Source: an uncultured Gemmatimonadales bacterium | GTDB lineage: Bacteria > Gemmatimonadota > Gemmatimonadetes > Gemmatimonadales > Gemmatimonadaceae | DNA: 64,000 nt | Direction: 5' to 3' | NCBI GenBank assembly: GCA_963851265.1 | Contig: CAWKNZ010000007.1 | Location: 160,001-224,000, forward strand | Shown here: in pieces, positions 8,827 through 17,922 of the stretch | Layout of the letters: each line of letters begins with the position of its first letter | How positions within the stretch are numbered: the stretch's first letter is position 1 | Made by a program: the position numbers and the translations under genes | Notes under the pieces: generated by a model | Seen by the model: the letters and a program-made list of their open reading frames with translations, nothing else | What the model was told of the DNA's origin: nothing | The model's database searches: none

Positions 8827-11298
8827 ATGTCCGTTCAAGAATCCGCCCATATCGAGGGCTCGCCCGACCTCGCCGCCGCGCCCGACGCGCCGGCCGTGAC
8901 CGATCAGCACGATACCCCCGCGCCGCCGTCCGACGCGGAACACGCCGAGGTGGACGCTAACGCGGACGCTGAAGCCTCCACCGCGGCCTTCGCCGCCCTT
9001 GGCCTCCGCCCCGAGCTCTGCGACGCCCTCGCCGCCCTCGGCTACGAGGAGCCCACGCCCATCCAGCGCGAGGCGATCCCGGTGCTGCTGAGCGGCCGCG
9101 ACGTGCTCGGCCTTGCGGCCACCGGCACCGGCAAGACCGCCGCGTTCGCCCTCCCGCTCCTACAGCGCATCGTCGAGGCGCCGCGCGCCGAAGGGGTCCG
9201 CGGCGCCGCCCCGCGCGCGCTCATCCTCGTCCCCACCCGCGAACTCTGCATGCAGGTCGCGGAGGCCGTGCACAAGTACGGCCGCGGCTTCCGTACGCGT
9301 GTGCTCGCGGTCTATGGGGGCGCCGCGATGAGCCAGCAGCTGCGCGCGCTCGAGCGCGGCGTTGACGTCGTCGTCGGCACGCCCGGGCGCGCACTCGACC
9401 ACATCAATCGCAAGGCGCTCAACCTCGGTCAGGTGCAGGTGCTGGTGCTCGACGAGGCCGACGAGATGCTCGACATGGGCTTCGAGGAGGACCTCACGGC
9501 GATCGTCGGCGCCACGCCCACCGAGGGCCGGCAGACGGCCATGTTCTCGGCGACGATGGCCCCGCGCGTCGCACGCGCGGCCGACAACTACCTGAAGGAC
9601 CCCGCGCGCGTCGAAGTCGCGCGCCAGGCCCTCGTCGCGGGCGAGATGCCCAAGGTGCGCCAGACGGCGTACCTCGTGCCCCGTGCGCACAAGGTGGCCG
9701 CGCTCGGCCGCGTGCTCGACATGGAGCAGCCGACGAGCGCGATCGTGTTCTGTCGCACGCGCACCGAGGCCGACTCGCTCACCGAGACGCTGGCCGCCCG
9801 CGGCTTCGGCGCCGAGGCGCTGCACGGCGGCATGGGGCAGGAGGCGCGCGACCGCGTGATGCGCCGGTTCCGCGGCGGCCAGATCGAGCTGCTCATCGCG
9901 ACCGACGTCGCCGCGCGCGGGCTCGACATCGACCACGTCTCCCACGTGGTCAACTACGACGTGCCGAGCGCGCCGGACGCGTACGTGCACCGCATCGGGC
10001 GCACGGGACGCGCCGGCCGCGAGGGCGCGGCGATCACGATCGCCGAGCCGCGCGAGCGCGGCCTGCTCCGCAACATCGAGCGCGTCACCAAGCAGCGCCT
10101 CGACCTGGCGCCCGTGCCGACCTCGGCCGACATCAAGGCGCGCCGCTTCGAGCGCACCGCCACGATGCTGCGTGACGCCCTGACCGCCGCGCAGGGCGAA
10201 CGCCGCACCCCCGGCGACGGGCAGTCGAGTGACGACGGCGACGATACGCTCGCGCCGTACCGCGCCGTGGCGGAGATGCTCGCCGGCGAGTTCGACCTCG
10301 CCGACGTCGCCGCCGCGGCGGTGCGTCTCGCCCACGACGCCGCGGGGAACGCCCCCGCCGCCGAGGACGAAGTCGAGATCCCGTCGTTCCACGAGCCCGC
10401 CGCGCGCCCGCGCGATCGCGGCGCCGAGCGCCCGCGCGCCGACCGCGGACGCGACGAGCGCGGACGCGACGAGCGGGGGGGCCGCGCCGAGTCCGGCCGC
10501 GGGGATTACGCTCGCGCCGAGGGCGGACGCGACGCGGGACGCGCGGAACGCCCGCGGCGCGAGCCGTCGCGCGGCGGGAGTGCCGGCGCCAGCACGAAGC
10601 TCTACGTGGGCGTCGGGCGCCGCGCCGGCGTACGCCCGGGCGACCTCGTCGGGGCGATCGCGAACGAGGCCGGCATCGACGCATCGCGCATCGGGGCGAT
10701 CAACATCGCCGAGCGCTTCTCCATCGTCGAGGTGCCCTCGGGCGACGCGGACGCGGTGATCGCCGCGCTGCGCGAGACGACCATCCGCGGCGAGCGCCCG
10801 GTCGTCCGCCACGACGACGGGACCAACAGCTACCCGCCGCGCAGCGAGACCGCGCGCGAGTACGACCGCGGCGCGCCGACCCGCGAGCGCTTCGGCTCCC
10901 GTGCATCGTTCGACCGCGGGACCGAGGACGGCGAGTTCCCGCGCGGCGACCGCGGTGATCGTGGCGCGCGTGGACCGCGCGACGAACCGCGCGGCGGCGG
11001 CCGCTTCTTCGATCGCGGCCCGACGGGCGGAGGGCAGGGCGGCTACCCGCGGGCCCGGCGCGACGAAGGCGCGCCCCGCGACCGCGCGGACGAGCGCGGC
11101 GGGAGCTTCGAGCGCCCGCGCCGATTCGACAGCTTCGACCGTCCGGCGCGAGGCGGCGCCGGCGGGTCGGGCGGATTCGGCGGTGGGCGCGGCGGCTTCG
11201 ACCGAGGCCCGCGCCAGGGCGGTCCGTCGCGCGACGCCGGCGACGGCGGGCGGAGCGAACGGTTCCCCGGCCCGCGCCGCGGGCGCGATCGGGGCTGA
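8827..11298 (+). CDS. deaD: DEAD-box RNA helicase DeaD/CsdA with DbpA RNA-binding domain and RGG-rich tail
   Basis: Q motif PTPIQ, ATGTGKT, PTREL, DEAD, SAT, ARGLD, HRIGRTGRAG, LYVGVGRRAGVRPGDLVGAIANE. Confidence 0.95.
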   Translation: MSVQESAHIEGSPDLAAAPDAPAVTDQHDTPAPPSDAEHAEVDANADAEASTAAFAALGLRPELCDALAALGYEEPTPIQREAIPVLLSGRDVLGLAATGTGKTAAFALPLLQRIVEAPRAEGVRGAAPRALILVPTRELCMQVAEAVHKYGRGFRTRVLAVYGGAAMSQQLRALERGVDVVVGTPGRALDHINRKALNLGQVQVLVLDEADEMLDMGFEEDLTAIVGATPTEGRQTAMFSATMAPRVARAADNYLKDPARVEVARQALVAGEMPKVRQTAYLVPRAHKVAALGRVLDMEQPTSAIVFCRTRTEADSLTETLAARGFGAEALHGGMGQEARDRVMRRFRGGQIELLIATDVAARGLDIDHVSHVVNYDVPSAPDAYVHRIGRTGRAGREGAAITIAEPRERGLLRNIERVTKQRLDLAPVPTSADIKARRFERTATMLRDALTAAQGERRTPGDGQSSDDGDDTLAPYRAVAEMLAGEFDLADVAAAAVRLAHDAAGNAPAAEDEVEIPSFHEPAARPRDRGAERPRADRGRDERGRDERGGRAESGRGDYARAEGGRDAGRAERPRREPSRGGSAGASTKLYVGVGRRAGVRPGDLVGAIANEAGIDASRIGAINIAERFSIVEVPSGDADAVIAALRETTIRGERPVVRHDDGTNSYPPRSETAREYDRGAPTRERFGSRASFDRGTEDGEFPRGDRGDRGARGPRDEPRGGGRFFDRGPTGGGQGGYPRARRDEGAPRDRADERGGSFERPRRFDSFDRPARGGAGGSGGFGGGRGGFDRGPRQGGPSRDAGDGGRSERFPGPRRGRDRG

Positions 11299-11388
11299 GC
11301 CCCGGGCTGCGTTAGGCGAACGTGGACGTCCGCGCGAGCGGCGTCCACGCCGCCGGCCCGATCACGAGGCGCACGACTACAACCGCAC

Positions 11389-12207
11389 ATGCCGGGCGCG
11401 AATGGCGTCTTCATCATCGCCCCGGTCGGCGGACCGGCGGGCGCGCGCATCGCCGAGGTGCAGCGCCGCTACGACCCGAAACTCGCGACCGAGGCACGGC
11501 CGCACGTCACGCTCGTCGGCTCGTCGGGAACCGGGCCCATCGATCCGGGCACGCCGCGCGAGCGGATCCGCGAGCTACTCGAACCGGTGCTCGCCGGGGC
11601 CGAGCCGCTCGTGCTGCCGTTCGGCCCGCCCGAGCGGTTCCCGGGCACGAACGTGATCGCGCTCCCGCTCTCGCCGCACGGCCCGATCCGCGCGCTGCAC
11701 GACCGCATCGTCGAGGCGCTGTCGCGCGGCGGGGTGTCGACGGCGCGCGGGCGGTTCACGTTCACCCCGCACGCGACGCTCAGCTTCTACCCGACCCTCC
11801 CGCCCGCCCGGGTGCGCGAGCTGCTGGCGATGCGCTTCGCCGAGCCCGGGGAGCTCGACCGCGTCGAGGTGAGCTACACGCGGGCGCCGCAACCCCCCGT
11901 CACGTGGTGGGAGGCGCCGTTAGGCGGACGACCCCTGAGCGCCGGCGGTCGACCGCGCGACGTTAGGCCGCGCCGCCGCGGTCACCGCAGCCCCGGCACC
12001 CGCTTCACCAGCCGGAGCAGCCCCGCGGTGAATTCCGCGGCCTTGCCCGCGTCCGCGGGCCCGCTCGCCGGTGCGCCGCGCTGCGCGGCGATGGTCTGCG
12101 TCTCGGTGTACTTCAACAGCCCCTCGCTCCCGTGCCGGCGCCCGCCGAGCCCCGAGATCCCCATGCCGCCGATCGGCGCGTCTACCGACGCCCACGTGGC
12201 GGCGTAG
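11389..12207 (+). CDS. 2H phosphoesterase (2'-5' RNA ligase family)
   Basis: Two HxT motifs (PHVTL, PHATL); the domain seems to end near 11930 but the ORF runs on into the convergent gene. Confidence 0.8.
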   Translation: MPGANGVFIIAPVGGPAGARIAEVQRRYDPKLATEARPHVTLVGSSGTGPIDPGTPRERIRELLEPVLAGAEPLVLPFGPPERFPGTNVIALPLSPHGPIRALHDRIVEALSRGGVSTARGRFTFTPHATLSFYPTLPPARVRELLAMRFAEPGELDRVEVSYTRAPQPPVTWWEAPLGGRPLSAGGRPRDVRPRRRGHRSPGTRFTSRSSPAVNSAALPASAGPLAGAPRCAAMVCVSVYFNSPSLPCRRPPSPEIPMPPIGASTDAHVAA

Positions 12208-13604
12208 GTCTCGTTGACGTTCACGCTCCCCGACCGGATGCGCGCCGCGAGCGCGACCGCGCGGCGCACGTCGCGCGACCACACGCTCGCGTTGAGTCCG
12301 TAGCGCGTGTCGTTCGCGCGCTCGACCGCCTCGTCGGCCGAGTCGACGGCGTACAGCGCGACCACCGGGCCGAACGTCTCTTCCGCGTACAGCTCCATCT
12401 CGGGCGTCGCCCCGACCAGGAGCGTGGGCTCGTAGCAGTACGGCCCCAGGTCGGGTCGCGCCACCCCGCCGGTCAGGATCGTCGCGCCCTTCGCGCGCGC
12501 GTCGTCGACGTGCCGCACCACCGTCGCGAGCTGCCGCGGCCCGGTCAGGCTGCCGACGTCGAGGTCCCACCCGAGCGACGCACCCACGGTGAGCGCGCGC
12601 GTGCGCTCGACGGCCAGGCGCGTGAACGCGTCGTACACGGGGCGGAGGACGTAACAGCGCTCGATCGAGACGCACACCTGGCCCGCCCCCACGAACGCGC
12701 CGCGTACGAGCCCCTCCGCTGCCGCGGGCAGGTTGGCGTCGGCGAGCACGAGCAGCGGGTTCTTGCCGCCCAACTCGAGCGAGCAGTTGACGAGCCGCGC
12801 GGCCGCCTGGGCCGCCACGACGCGCCCGGTCCGCGTGCTCCCCGTGTACATCACGAAATCCACCGCGTCGATGAGCGGCGGTCCGACGAGCGGCCCCTCG
12901 CCGGTCACCACCGGCATCACGTCGCGGGGCAGTCCCGCCTCGTACAGCAACTCCGCCGCCCAGAGCGCCGTGAACGACGTCTGGTGGTCGGGCTTGAGCA
13001 CTGCGGCGTTGCCCGCCGCGAGCGCGGGCAGCGTGTCGGTCACCGACAGGTTCAACGGGTAGTTCCACGGCACGATCACCCCGACGACGCCGATCGGGTG
13101 GTGAAACTCCCACGCGCGGGTGAGGCCGGGGTACGCGCCGCGTCGGCGACGCGGCTTCAGCAGGCCCGGCGCGCGCACGCCGTAGTAGCGCGCGACGTTG
13201 GCGACGTCGAGCACCTCCTGAAACGCGTCGCGACGCGCCTTCCCCGCCTCGAGTTGCGCGAGGTCGAGCCCGGTCTCGCGTTCGCGGAGAATCAGGTCGT
13301 GGTAGCGCAGCAGGACAGCCGCGCGCTCGGTCGCGGGCCGGGCTGCCCACGCGCGTTGCGCGGATCGCGCGCGGGCCACGGCGGCCTGCACATCGTCCGC
13401 GGTCGCGCGTGGGATGGCGCCGAGCCGCTCCCCGGTGAACGGCGCGTGCACCTCGATCGACTCGCGGCCGGCGGCGTCCACGGCGAGTCGCGCTTCGATC
13501 GCCGCGATCGCCGCGCGCGCGCGCGGCGTCGCGAGCGGAGGGCGAGACCGCGCCGGCGAGGGGGGTGATACCTGATCGAGCGCGCGGTCGAGCGTGGTGG
13601 ACAC
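11982..13604 (-). CDS. aldehyde dehydrogenase (succinate-semialdehyde dehydrogenase-like)
   Basis: PWNYP, YTGSTRTG, LELGGKNP, GQVCVS, EETFGPV. Confidence 0.92.
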   Translation of the reverse strand: MSTTLDRALDQVSPPSPARSRPPLATPRARAAIAAIEARLAVDAAGRESIEVHAPFTGERLGAIPRATADDVQAAVARARSAQRAWAARPATERAAVLLRYHDLILRERETGLDLAQLEAGKARRDAFQEVLDVANVARYYGVRAPGLLKPRRRRGAYPGLTRAWEFHHPIGVVGVIVPWNYPLNLSVTDTLPALAAGNAAVLKPDHQTSFTALWAAELLYEAGLPRDVMPVVTGEGPLVGPPLIDAVDFVMYTGSTRTGRVVAAQAAARLVNCSLELGGKNPLLVLADANLPAAAEGLVRGAFVGAGQVCVSIERCYVLRPVYDAFTRLAVERTRALTVGASLGWDLDVGSLTGPRQLATVVRHVDDARAKGATILTGGVARPDLGPYCYEPTLLVGATPEMELYAEETFGPVVALYAVDSADEAVERANDTRYGLNASVWSRDVRRAVALAARIRSGSVNVNETYAATWASVDAPIGGMGISGLGGRRHGSEGLLKYTETQTIAAQRGAPASGPADAGKAAEFTAGLLRLVKRVPGLR

Positions 13605-13620
13605 GTGGCCCTCTCGGATG

Positions 13621-13649
13621 GGCGGGGCCGCGCGCCGCGCGGCCCCGCC
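13621..13649. repeat. 14-bp perfect inverted repeat (hairpin) between tandem minus-strand genes
   Basis: GGCGGGGCCGCGCG-C-CGCGCGGCCCCGCC. Confidence 0.7.
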
Positions 13650-13653
13650 AGGA

Positions 13654-14226
13654 TCAGGTCGCGCCGGGGCGTGCCTTGCGGTACGTCTCGACTCCCTGCT
13701 TCAGCAACAGCAGAGCCGACGCTTCCAGATCGTAGTCCAGCGCGAGTTCGGCGAGGCGCGCGCTCGATCGGTCGCCGCGCTCGCCGATGCCCTTCGACGC
13801 GCGCGCGCTCGTGCGGTAGCGGCGCGTCAGCTCGCGCGCGGCATGCCAGAGCCCGTTCGCGGCGTGCCAGCACGCGTCGCCCGCGACGTCGCCGGGCACC
13901 GGACGCGCGCGCGTCGCGGCCCGCTCGTAGCTCGCCGCTAGTTCGTCGAGCGCGGTGTCGCAGAGCGCCGCGAGCGCCTGCGCCGCGCGGCGCTCGGGGG
14001 CGAGCGCACCGACGCGGTCGAGGTCGGCGACGCGCTCGTGCTGGCGGCAGCACTCGATCGCGCAGCGGTAGAGCGCGTCCGCGCGCGCGTAGAACGCCTC
14101 GACCGGATCGACCGGGGCCGCGTCCAACGCGGGCGGCGCGAACGTGGTGGCGGGGTCGGCGGTCGTTCCGGCGGCGACGGCGCCGTTGCGGGAGGGGACG
14201 GCCGGCGAGGGGGCGCTGCTCGACAT
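13654..14226 (-). CDS. hypothetical alpha-helical protein
   Basis: Helical ORF with ADALYRCAIECCRQHER, WHAARE, LDYDLEASALL; ATG 14226. Confidence 0.7.
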   Translation of the reverse strand: MSSSAPSPAVPSRNGAVAAGTTADPATTFAPPALDAAPVDPVEAFYARADALYRCAIECCRQHERVADLDRVGALAPERRAAQALAALCDTALDELAASYERAATRARPVPGDVAGDACWHAANGLWHAARELTRRYRTSARASKGIGERGDRSSARLAELALDYDLEASALLLLKQGVETYRKARPGAT

Positions 14227-14339
14227 GGGCGGGCTCGACGCGGGGAGGGCGCGCGGGCGGACACCACCGCACGTGCGCAGACCGCGTAGTATATCGGCCG
14301 CCCGCCGTCCGAGGCACTCCGCCACCCGCCCGCATCCAC

Positions 14340-15146
14340 ATGCGCCCGTTCGCTACGCTCGCCGTCGACACCACGCCCGACGGCGTGTGCACCATCACGC
14401 TCGACCGCCCCGAGCGACTCAACGCGGTCAACCCGGCGCTGGCCGAGGAACTGCCCGCCGCGCTGCTACGGGCGGCGGGCGACGACGCCGTGCGCGTGGT
14501 CGTCGTGACCGGTGCGGGGCGCGGCTTCTGCGCGGGGCTCGACCTCAACGAGCCGGCCGGCGCTGCGGTCCTCGGTGGTGGCGGCACGCGTGCCGAACGC
14601 CTCGACGTCTACGGTTGGGTCGGGCGATGGGTGCAGGCGGTCGTCGGCTGCGAGAAGCCGGTGATCGCCGCCGTGAACGGGGCCGCGGCCGGCGCAGGGT
14701 TCGGACTCGCGCTCGCCTGCGACCTGCGCCTCGTCGCGGACGCCGCGACGATGACCGCCGGGTACGTGCGCCGCGGGCTGAGCCCGGACGCGGGCGTCTC
14801 GTACTTCCTGCCGCGGCTGGTCGGGCTGTCGCGGGCGATGGACATCACGCTCACCGGCCGCGACATCCCGGCTGCGGAAGCCGAACGCATCGGCCTCGCG
14901 AGCGCGGTGCTGCCGACCGACGGGTTCGCCGACGCGGTCGTCGCGTACGCGCGCCGCATCGCGGCCGGGCCGCCGGTCGCGCTCGCCCTCACCAAACGAT
15001 TGCTGACGGCCAGCTTCGACCGCACGCTGGACGCCCAGCTCCGCGACGAGCTCGCGCACATCAAGACCGCGTTCGGCACGGCCGACGTGCGCGAGGCGAT
15101 GACCGCGTTCAGGGAGAAGCGCGCCCCGACGTTCCGGGGCGCCTGA
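14340..15146 (+). CDS. enoyl-CoA hydratase/isomerase (crotonase family)
   Basis: ITLDRPERLNA, GRGFCAGLDL, KPVIAAVNGAAAGAG, AFREKRAPTF. Confidence 0.95.
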   Translation: MRPFATLAVDTTPDGVCTITLDRPERLNAVNPALAEELPAALLRAAGDDAVRVVVVTGAGRGFCAGLDLNEPAGAAVLGGGGTRAERLDVYGWVGRWVQAVVGCEKPVIAAVNGAAAGAGFGLALACDLRLVADAATMTAGYVRRGLSPDAGVSYFLPRLVGLSRAMDITLTGRDIPAAEAERIGLASAVLPTDGFADAVVAYARRIAAGPPVALALTKRLLTASFDRTLDAQLRDELAHIKTAFGTADVREAMTAFREKRAPTFRGA

Positions 15147-16422
15147 CGTCGTCGGGCAGCTGGTCGAGCAGCGGGCGGAGTTCGGTCGCGCGGTCGAGCG
15201 TGGTCACGAACGTTAGGCCCGGGCGCGTGACGACGAGTACCCCCGACACCCCGTACGCGACCACGATGCCGCCCTCGGCGTGCACCACGCACCCGGACGC
15301 GTCCACCAGGTGCGCCCGCCCCCACACGCCGTTGCCGGTGTCGTCGAGCTCGCGCACGCGGCGGAGCGCGGCCCACGTGCCGACGTCGTCCCATCCGCAC
15401 GCCGCCGGCAGCACGACCAGGTCGGCCACGCGTTCGAGCACGCCGCGCTCGAGCGAGATGCTCTGGACCATCCCGACGAAGCGCTCGAAATCGCCCGCCT
15501 CGAGCGCGTCGAGGCCGGGCGCCAGTTCGGGCGTGCGCGCGGCCACCACTTCGAGCACGGCCCCGGCGCGCGCGACGAGGATACCGGTGTGCCACAGGGC
15601 GCCCTGGCCGATGAGTTCCTCGGCGAGCAACGGTCCGGGCTTCTCGACGAACCGCGCGACGCGCTGCGGCGCGTCGGGCCCGGTCACCTCGGCGTCGAGC
15701 GGGTGCGAGGGCAGCACGTACCCGAACCCGGTTTCGGGGCGCGTGGGTTCGGCGCCGAGGACGACGATGGGTGGCCCCGCCGCGGTGACGCGGGCGGCGC
15801 GGCCGAGCAGCTGACGGAGCGCGCCCGGGTAGGCCACCGCGAGGTCCGCGTGCATCGCGACGAACGTGGTGCGCGGTCCCGCGCGCCGCGCGATCTCGTG
15901 CGCGCCCCACGCGAGCGCCGCCGCCGTACCGGATGGGTGCGGTTCGACGAGGAAGTTGACCGCCGGGACCTCGGGTATCGCGGCGCGCAGGGCGTCCGCG
16001 ATGTCCGCGCTCGTCACGACGAGCACCTGGCTCGCCGGGACCGTCGGCGCGAGCCGCGCGACCGTTTCGGCGATGAGCGGGCGCTCGCCGACGAGGGCGA
16101 GCAGCTGCTTGGGGCGCGCGGGCGAGCTGAGCGGCCAGAAGCGTGACCCGATGCCTCCGGCGAAGATCACCGCCCAGAGCGTGAGTCCCGTCTCGAGCGC
16201 GTCGTCCTCCTCCATCTGCTCCGCCGGCAGCGTGCCGACGGACTCGAGCACGTCACCGGTCGGCGCATCGTCCGCCGCATCGGTCCCGACGGTCGTTCCC
16301 ACGCCCGGCGCGCCGTCCGGTTCTGCCGGATCGTACGGCAGCGTGCCGCCGGCTGCCGGCCTGGAGTTCGGGATCGTGGCGGGAACGCCGTGGAGCGACG
16401 ACAGGTTCGCAGAGCGGGCCAT
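15109..16422 (-). CDS. manC: mannose-1-phosphate guanylyltransferase
   Basis: AGGIGSRFWPLS..PKQLL, PTRPETGFGY, FVEKP, GWDDVGTW; acidic N-terminal extension. Confidence 0.88.
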   Translation of the reverse strand: MARSANLSSLHGVPATIPNSRPAAGGTLPYDPAEPDGAPGVGTTVGTDAADDAPTGDVLESVGTLPAEQMEEDDALETGLTLWAVIFAGGIGSRFWPLSSPARPKQLLALVGERPLIAETVARLAPTVPASQVLVVTSADIADALRAAIPEVPAVNFLVEPHPSGTAAALAWGAHEIARRAGPRTTFVAMHADLAVAYPGALRQLLGRAARVTAAGPPIVVLGAEPTRPETGFGYVLPSHPLDAEVTGPDAPQRVARFVEKPGPLLAEELIGQGALWHTGILVARAGAVLEVVAARTPELAPGLDALEAGDFERFVGMVQSISLERGVLERVADLVVLPAACGWDDVGTWAALRRVRELDDTGNGVWGRAHLVDASGCVVHAEGGIVVAYGVSGVLVVTRPGLTFVTTLDRATELRPLLDQLPDDVRRPGTSGRASP

Positions 16423-16632
16423 GACGCGGATGATCGATGACGAGGGCGGACGGTGGCGGGCGTGACCGACGAACCCGCGTGGCGCGTGCGTGCGCGGCCG
16501 GCGCAGAACGTTACCCGCCGCTCCCCCTGGCGGGGAGCGGATCGCACCCTCAGGATACGGGTGGGGTAACAAGACTCGTGCGGCCCCGTGCCCGTCGGAG
16601 CCGTCGTCGCTCCTGCTTCGTGGTGTAGGCCC

Positions 16633-17841
16633 ATGACTCCGACGTCTCTCGTACGGCGTGTGCCACAACTGGTGGCGCTCGCGTGCTTCGGCCTCGTCTC
16701 GCCGGCGCGCGAAGCGGTCGCGCAAAGTTCCGCGCCGCCTTCGGCCGCGGTGCCGGCTGCGGCGCCGCAGCCGGCTCTCACGACGCAGGTCGTCTCCGGC
16801 ACGATCCGCGGCGCGAACCACACGGTCGTCGTCGGCGCGCAGGTCACCATCACGCCGGTCGCCGCGCGCGGTGGGTCCCCGACCGCCGTCGCGCGCGCGA
16901 CGATGACGGACGACGACGGGCGCTTCCGCGTGCCCGGCGTGCCGACCGGGCTCGTCACGATCGCCGTCAAGCGAATCGGCTACAAGGCCGTCACGATCGA
17001 TACGATCGCGGGTCCGCTCCCGGCACTCGACATCGCGCTCGTGCCGGTCCCGCAGCGCCTCGCTGCCGTGGTCGTCCGCGAGCGGCGCCGCGCGACGCGG
17101 TACACGGGGCCGCTCGCCGACTTCAACCGCCGGCGCGACATGGGGTTCGGCCACTTCATCACGGCCACCGAGATCGACGAGCGACACCCGCTGCGCACGA
17201 CGGACCTGTTGCGCATGGTGCCCGGCGTGAACGTGGTCGGGGCCGGACCGCTCAACTCGATTCGGCTGCGCAACGCGTCGTGTCCACCGCTCGTCTGGCT
17301 CGACGGCATGCCCGCGCTCTCGGGCTACCTCGACCCCGACTCTTTCGACCCGGCGTCGTTCGGCGGCATCGAGGTCTACACGGGCGTCGCGACCGTTCCC
17401 GTCGAACTGCGCGGCACGCGGGGCGAGGAATCGTGCGGCGTGATCGCGCTCTGGTCGCGCCTGCCCGACCTGCGCCCGAAGAAGTCCGGGCGCACGTACA
17501 CCGCGGCCGACCTCGAGCGCCTCGTCGACGCCGCGACGGTCTATACCGCCGACCAGGTGGACCGCCCCGCGCGCCTCGACTCGACGGCAACCCTGGCGGT
17601 GACCTACCCCGACTCGTTGCGCAACACGCACACGCCCGGCGAGGCGACCGTCGAGTTCGTGGTCGACACGACCGGCGCGGTCGAGGTCGCGACGGTCGGC
17701 GTGGTCGCGGCGTCGCACCCGCGGTTCGCCGACGCGGCGCGCCTCGCCGCGAACGACGCGCGCTTCATCCCCGCGGAGCGCGGCGGGCACACGGTGCGGC
17801 AGCTCGTGCAGCTGCCGCTACGCTGGGAAACGGGCCGGTAG
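16633..17841 (+). CDS. secreted protein: carboxypeptidase-regulatory-like + TonB plug-like + TonB C-terminal domains
   Basis: TDDDGRFRV..KRIGY; DLLRMVPGV..WLDG..IEVY..CGVIALW; YPDSLR..GEATVEFVVDTTG..RFIPAERGG..VRQLVQLP. Confidence 0.75.
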   Translation: MTPTSLVRRVPQLVALACFGLVSPAREAVAQSSAPPSAAVPAAAPQPALTTQVVSGTIRGANHTVVVGAQVTITPVAARGGSPTAVARATMTDDDGRFRVPGVPTGLVTIAVKRIGYKAVTIDTIAGPLPALDIALVPVPQRLAAVVVRERRRATRYTGPLADFNRRRDMGFGHFITATEIDERHPLRTTDLLRMVPGVNVVGAGPLNSIRLRNASCPPLVWLDGMPALSGYLDPDSFDPASFGGIEVYTGVATVPVELRGTRGEESCGVIALWSRLPDLRPKKSGRTYTAADLERLVDAATVYTADQVDRPARLDSTATLAVTYPDSLRNTHTPGEATVEFVVDTTGAVEVATVGVVAASHPRFADAARLAANDARFIPAERGGHTVRQLVQLPLRWETGR

Positions 17842-17842
17842 A

Positions 17843-17906
17843 CGAGCGCGCCCGCCGTCGCGGCGTCCCACACGGCGGCGGGTCGACGCGACGGCGGGCG
17901 CGCTCG
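17843..17906. terminator. 20-bp perfect inverted repeat between convergent genes (probable bidirectional terminator/stabiliser)
   Basis: CGAGCGCGCCCGCCGTCGCG (17843-17862) / CGCGACGGCGGGCGCGCTCG (17887-17906); no U-tract. Confidence 0.65.
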
Positions 17907-17922
17907 CGCGTCCCGCTGCGCC

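Noticed and set aside
5681..8899. 1072-aa ORF and other long Arg/Ala/Pro-rich ORFs (e.g. 334-2811, 22661-25066, 39811-42027)
   Set aside because: Shadow or antisense frames of recognisable genes, expected when stop codons are scarce at high GC.
1826..11310. 9.5-kb motif-free stretch as a marker of foreign DNA
   Set aside because: At one copy per 2.4 kb such a gap among about 27 intervals is not clearly improbable, and it includes the core gene deaD.
15109..17790. Apparent long fusions in the ORF track (manC 893 aa; also 29417-31729, 37023-38510, 52258-54381, 25178-26914)
   Set aside because: The N-terminal parts overlap other real genes; family motifs begin at internal starts.
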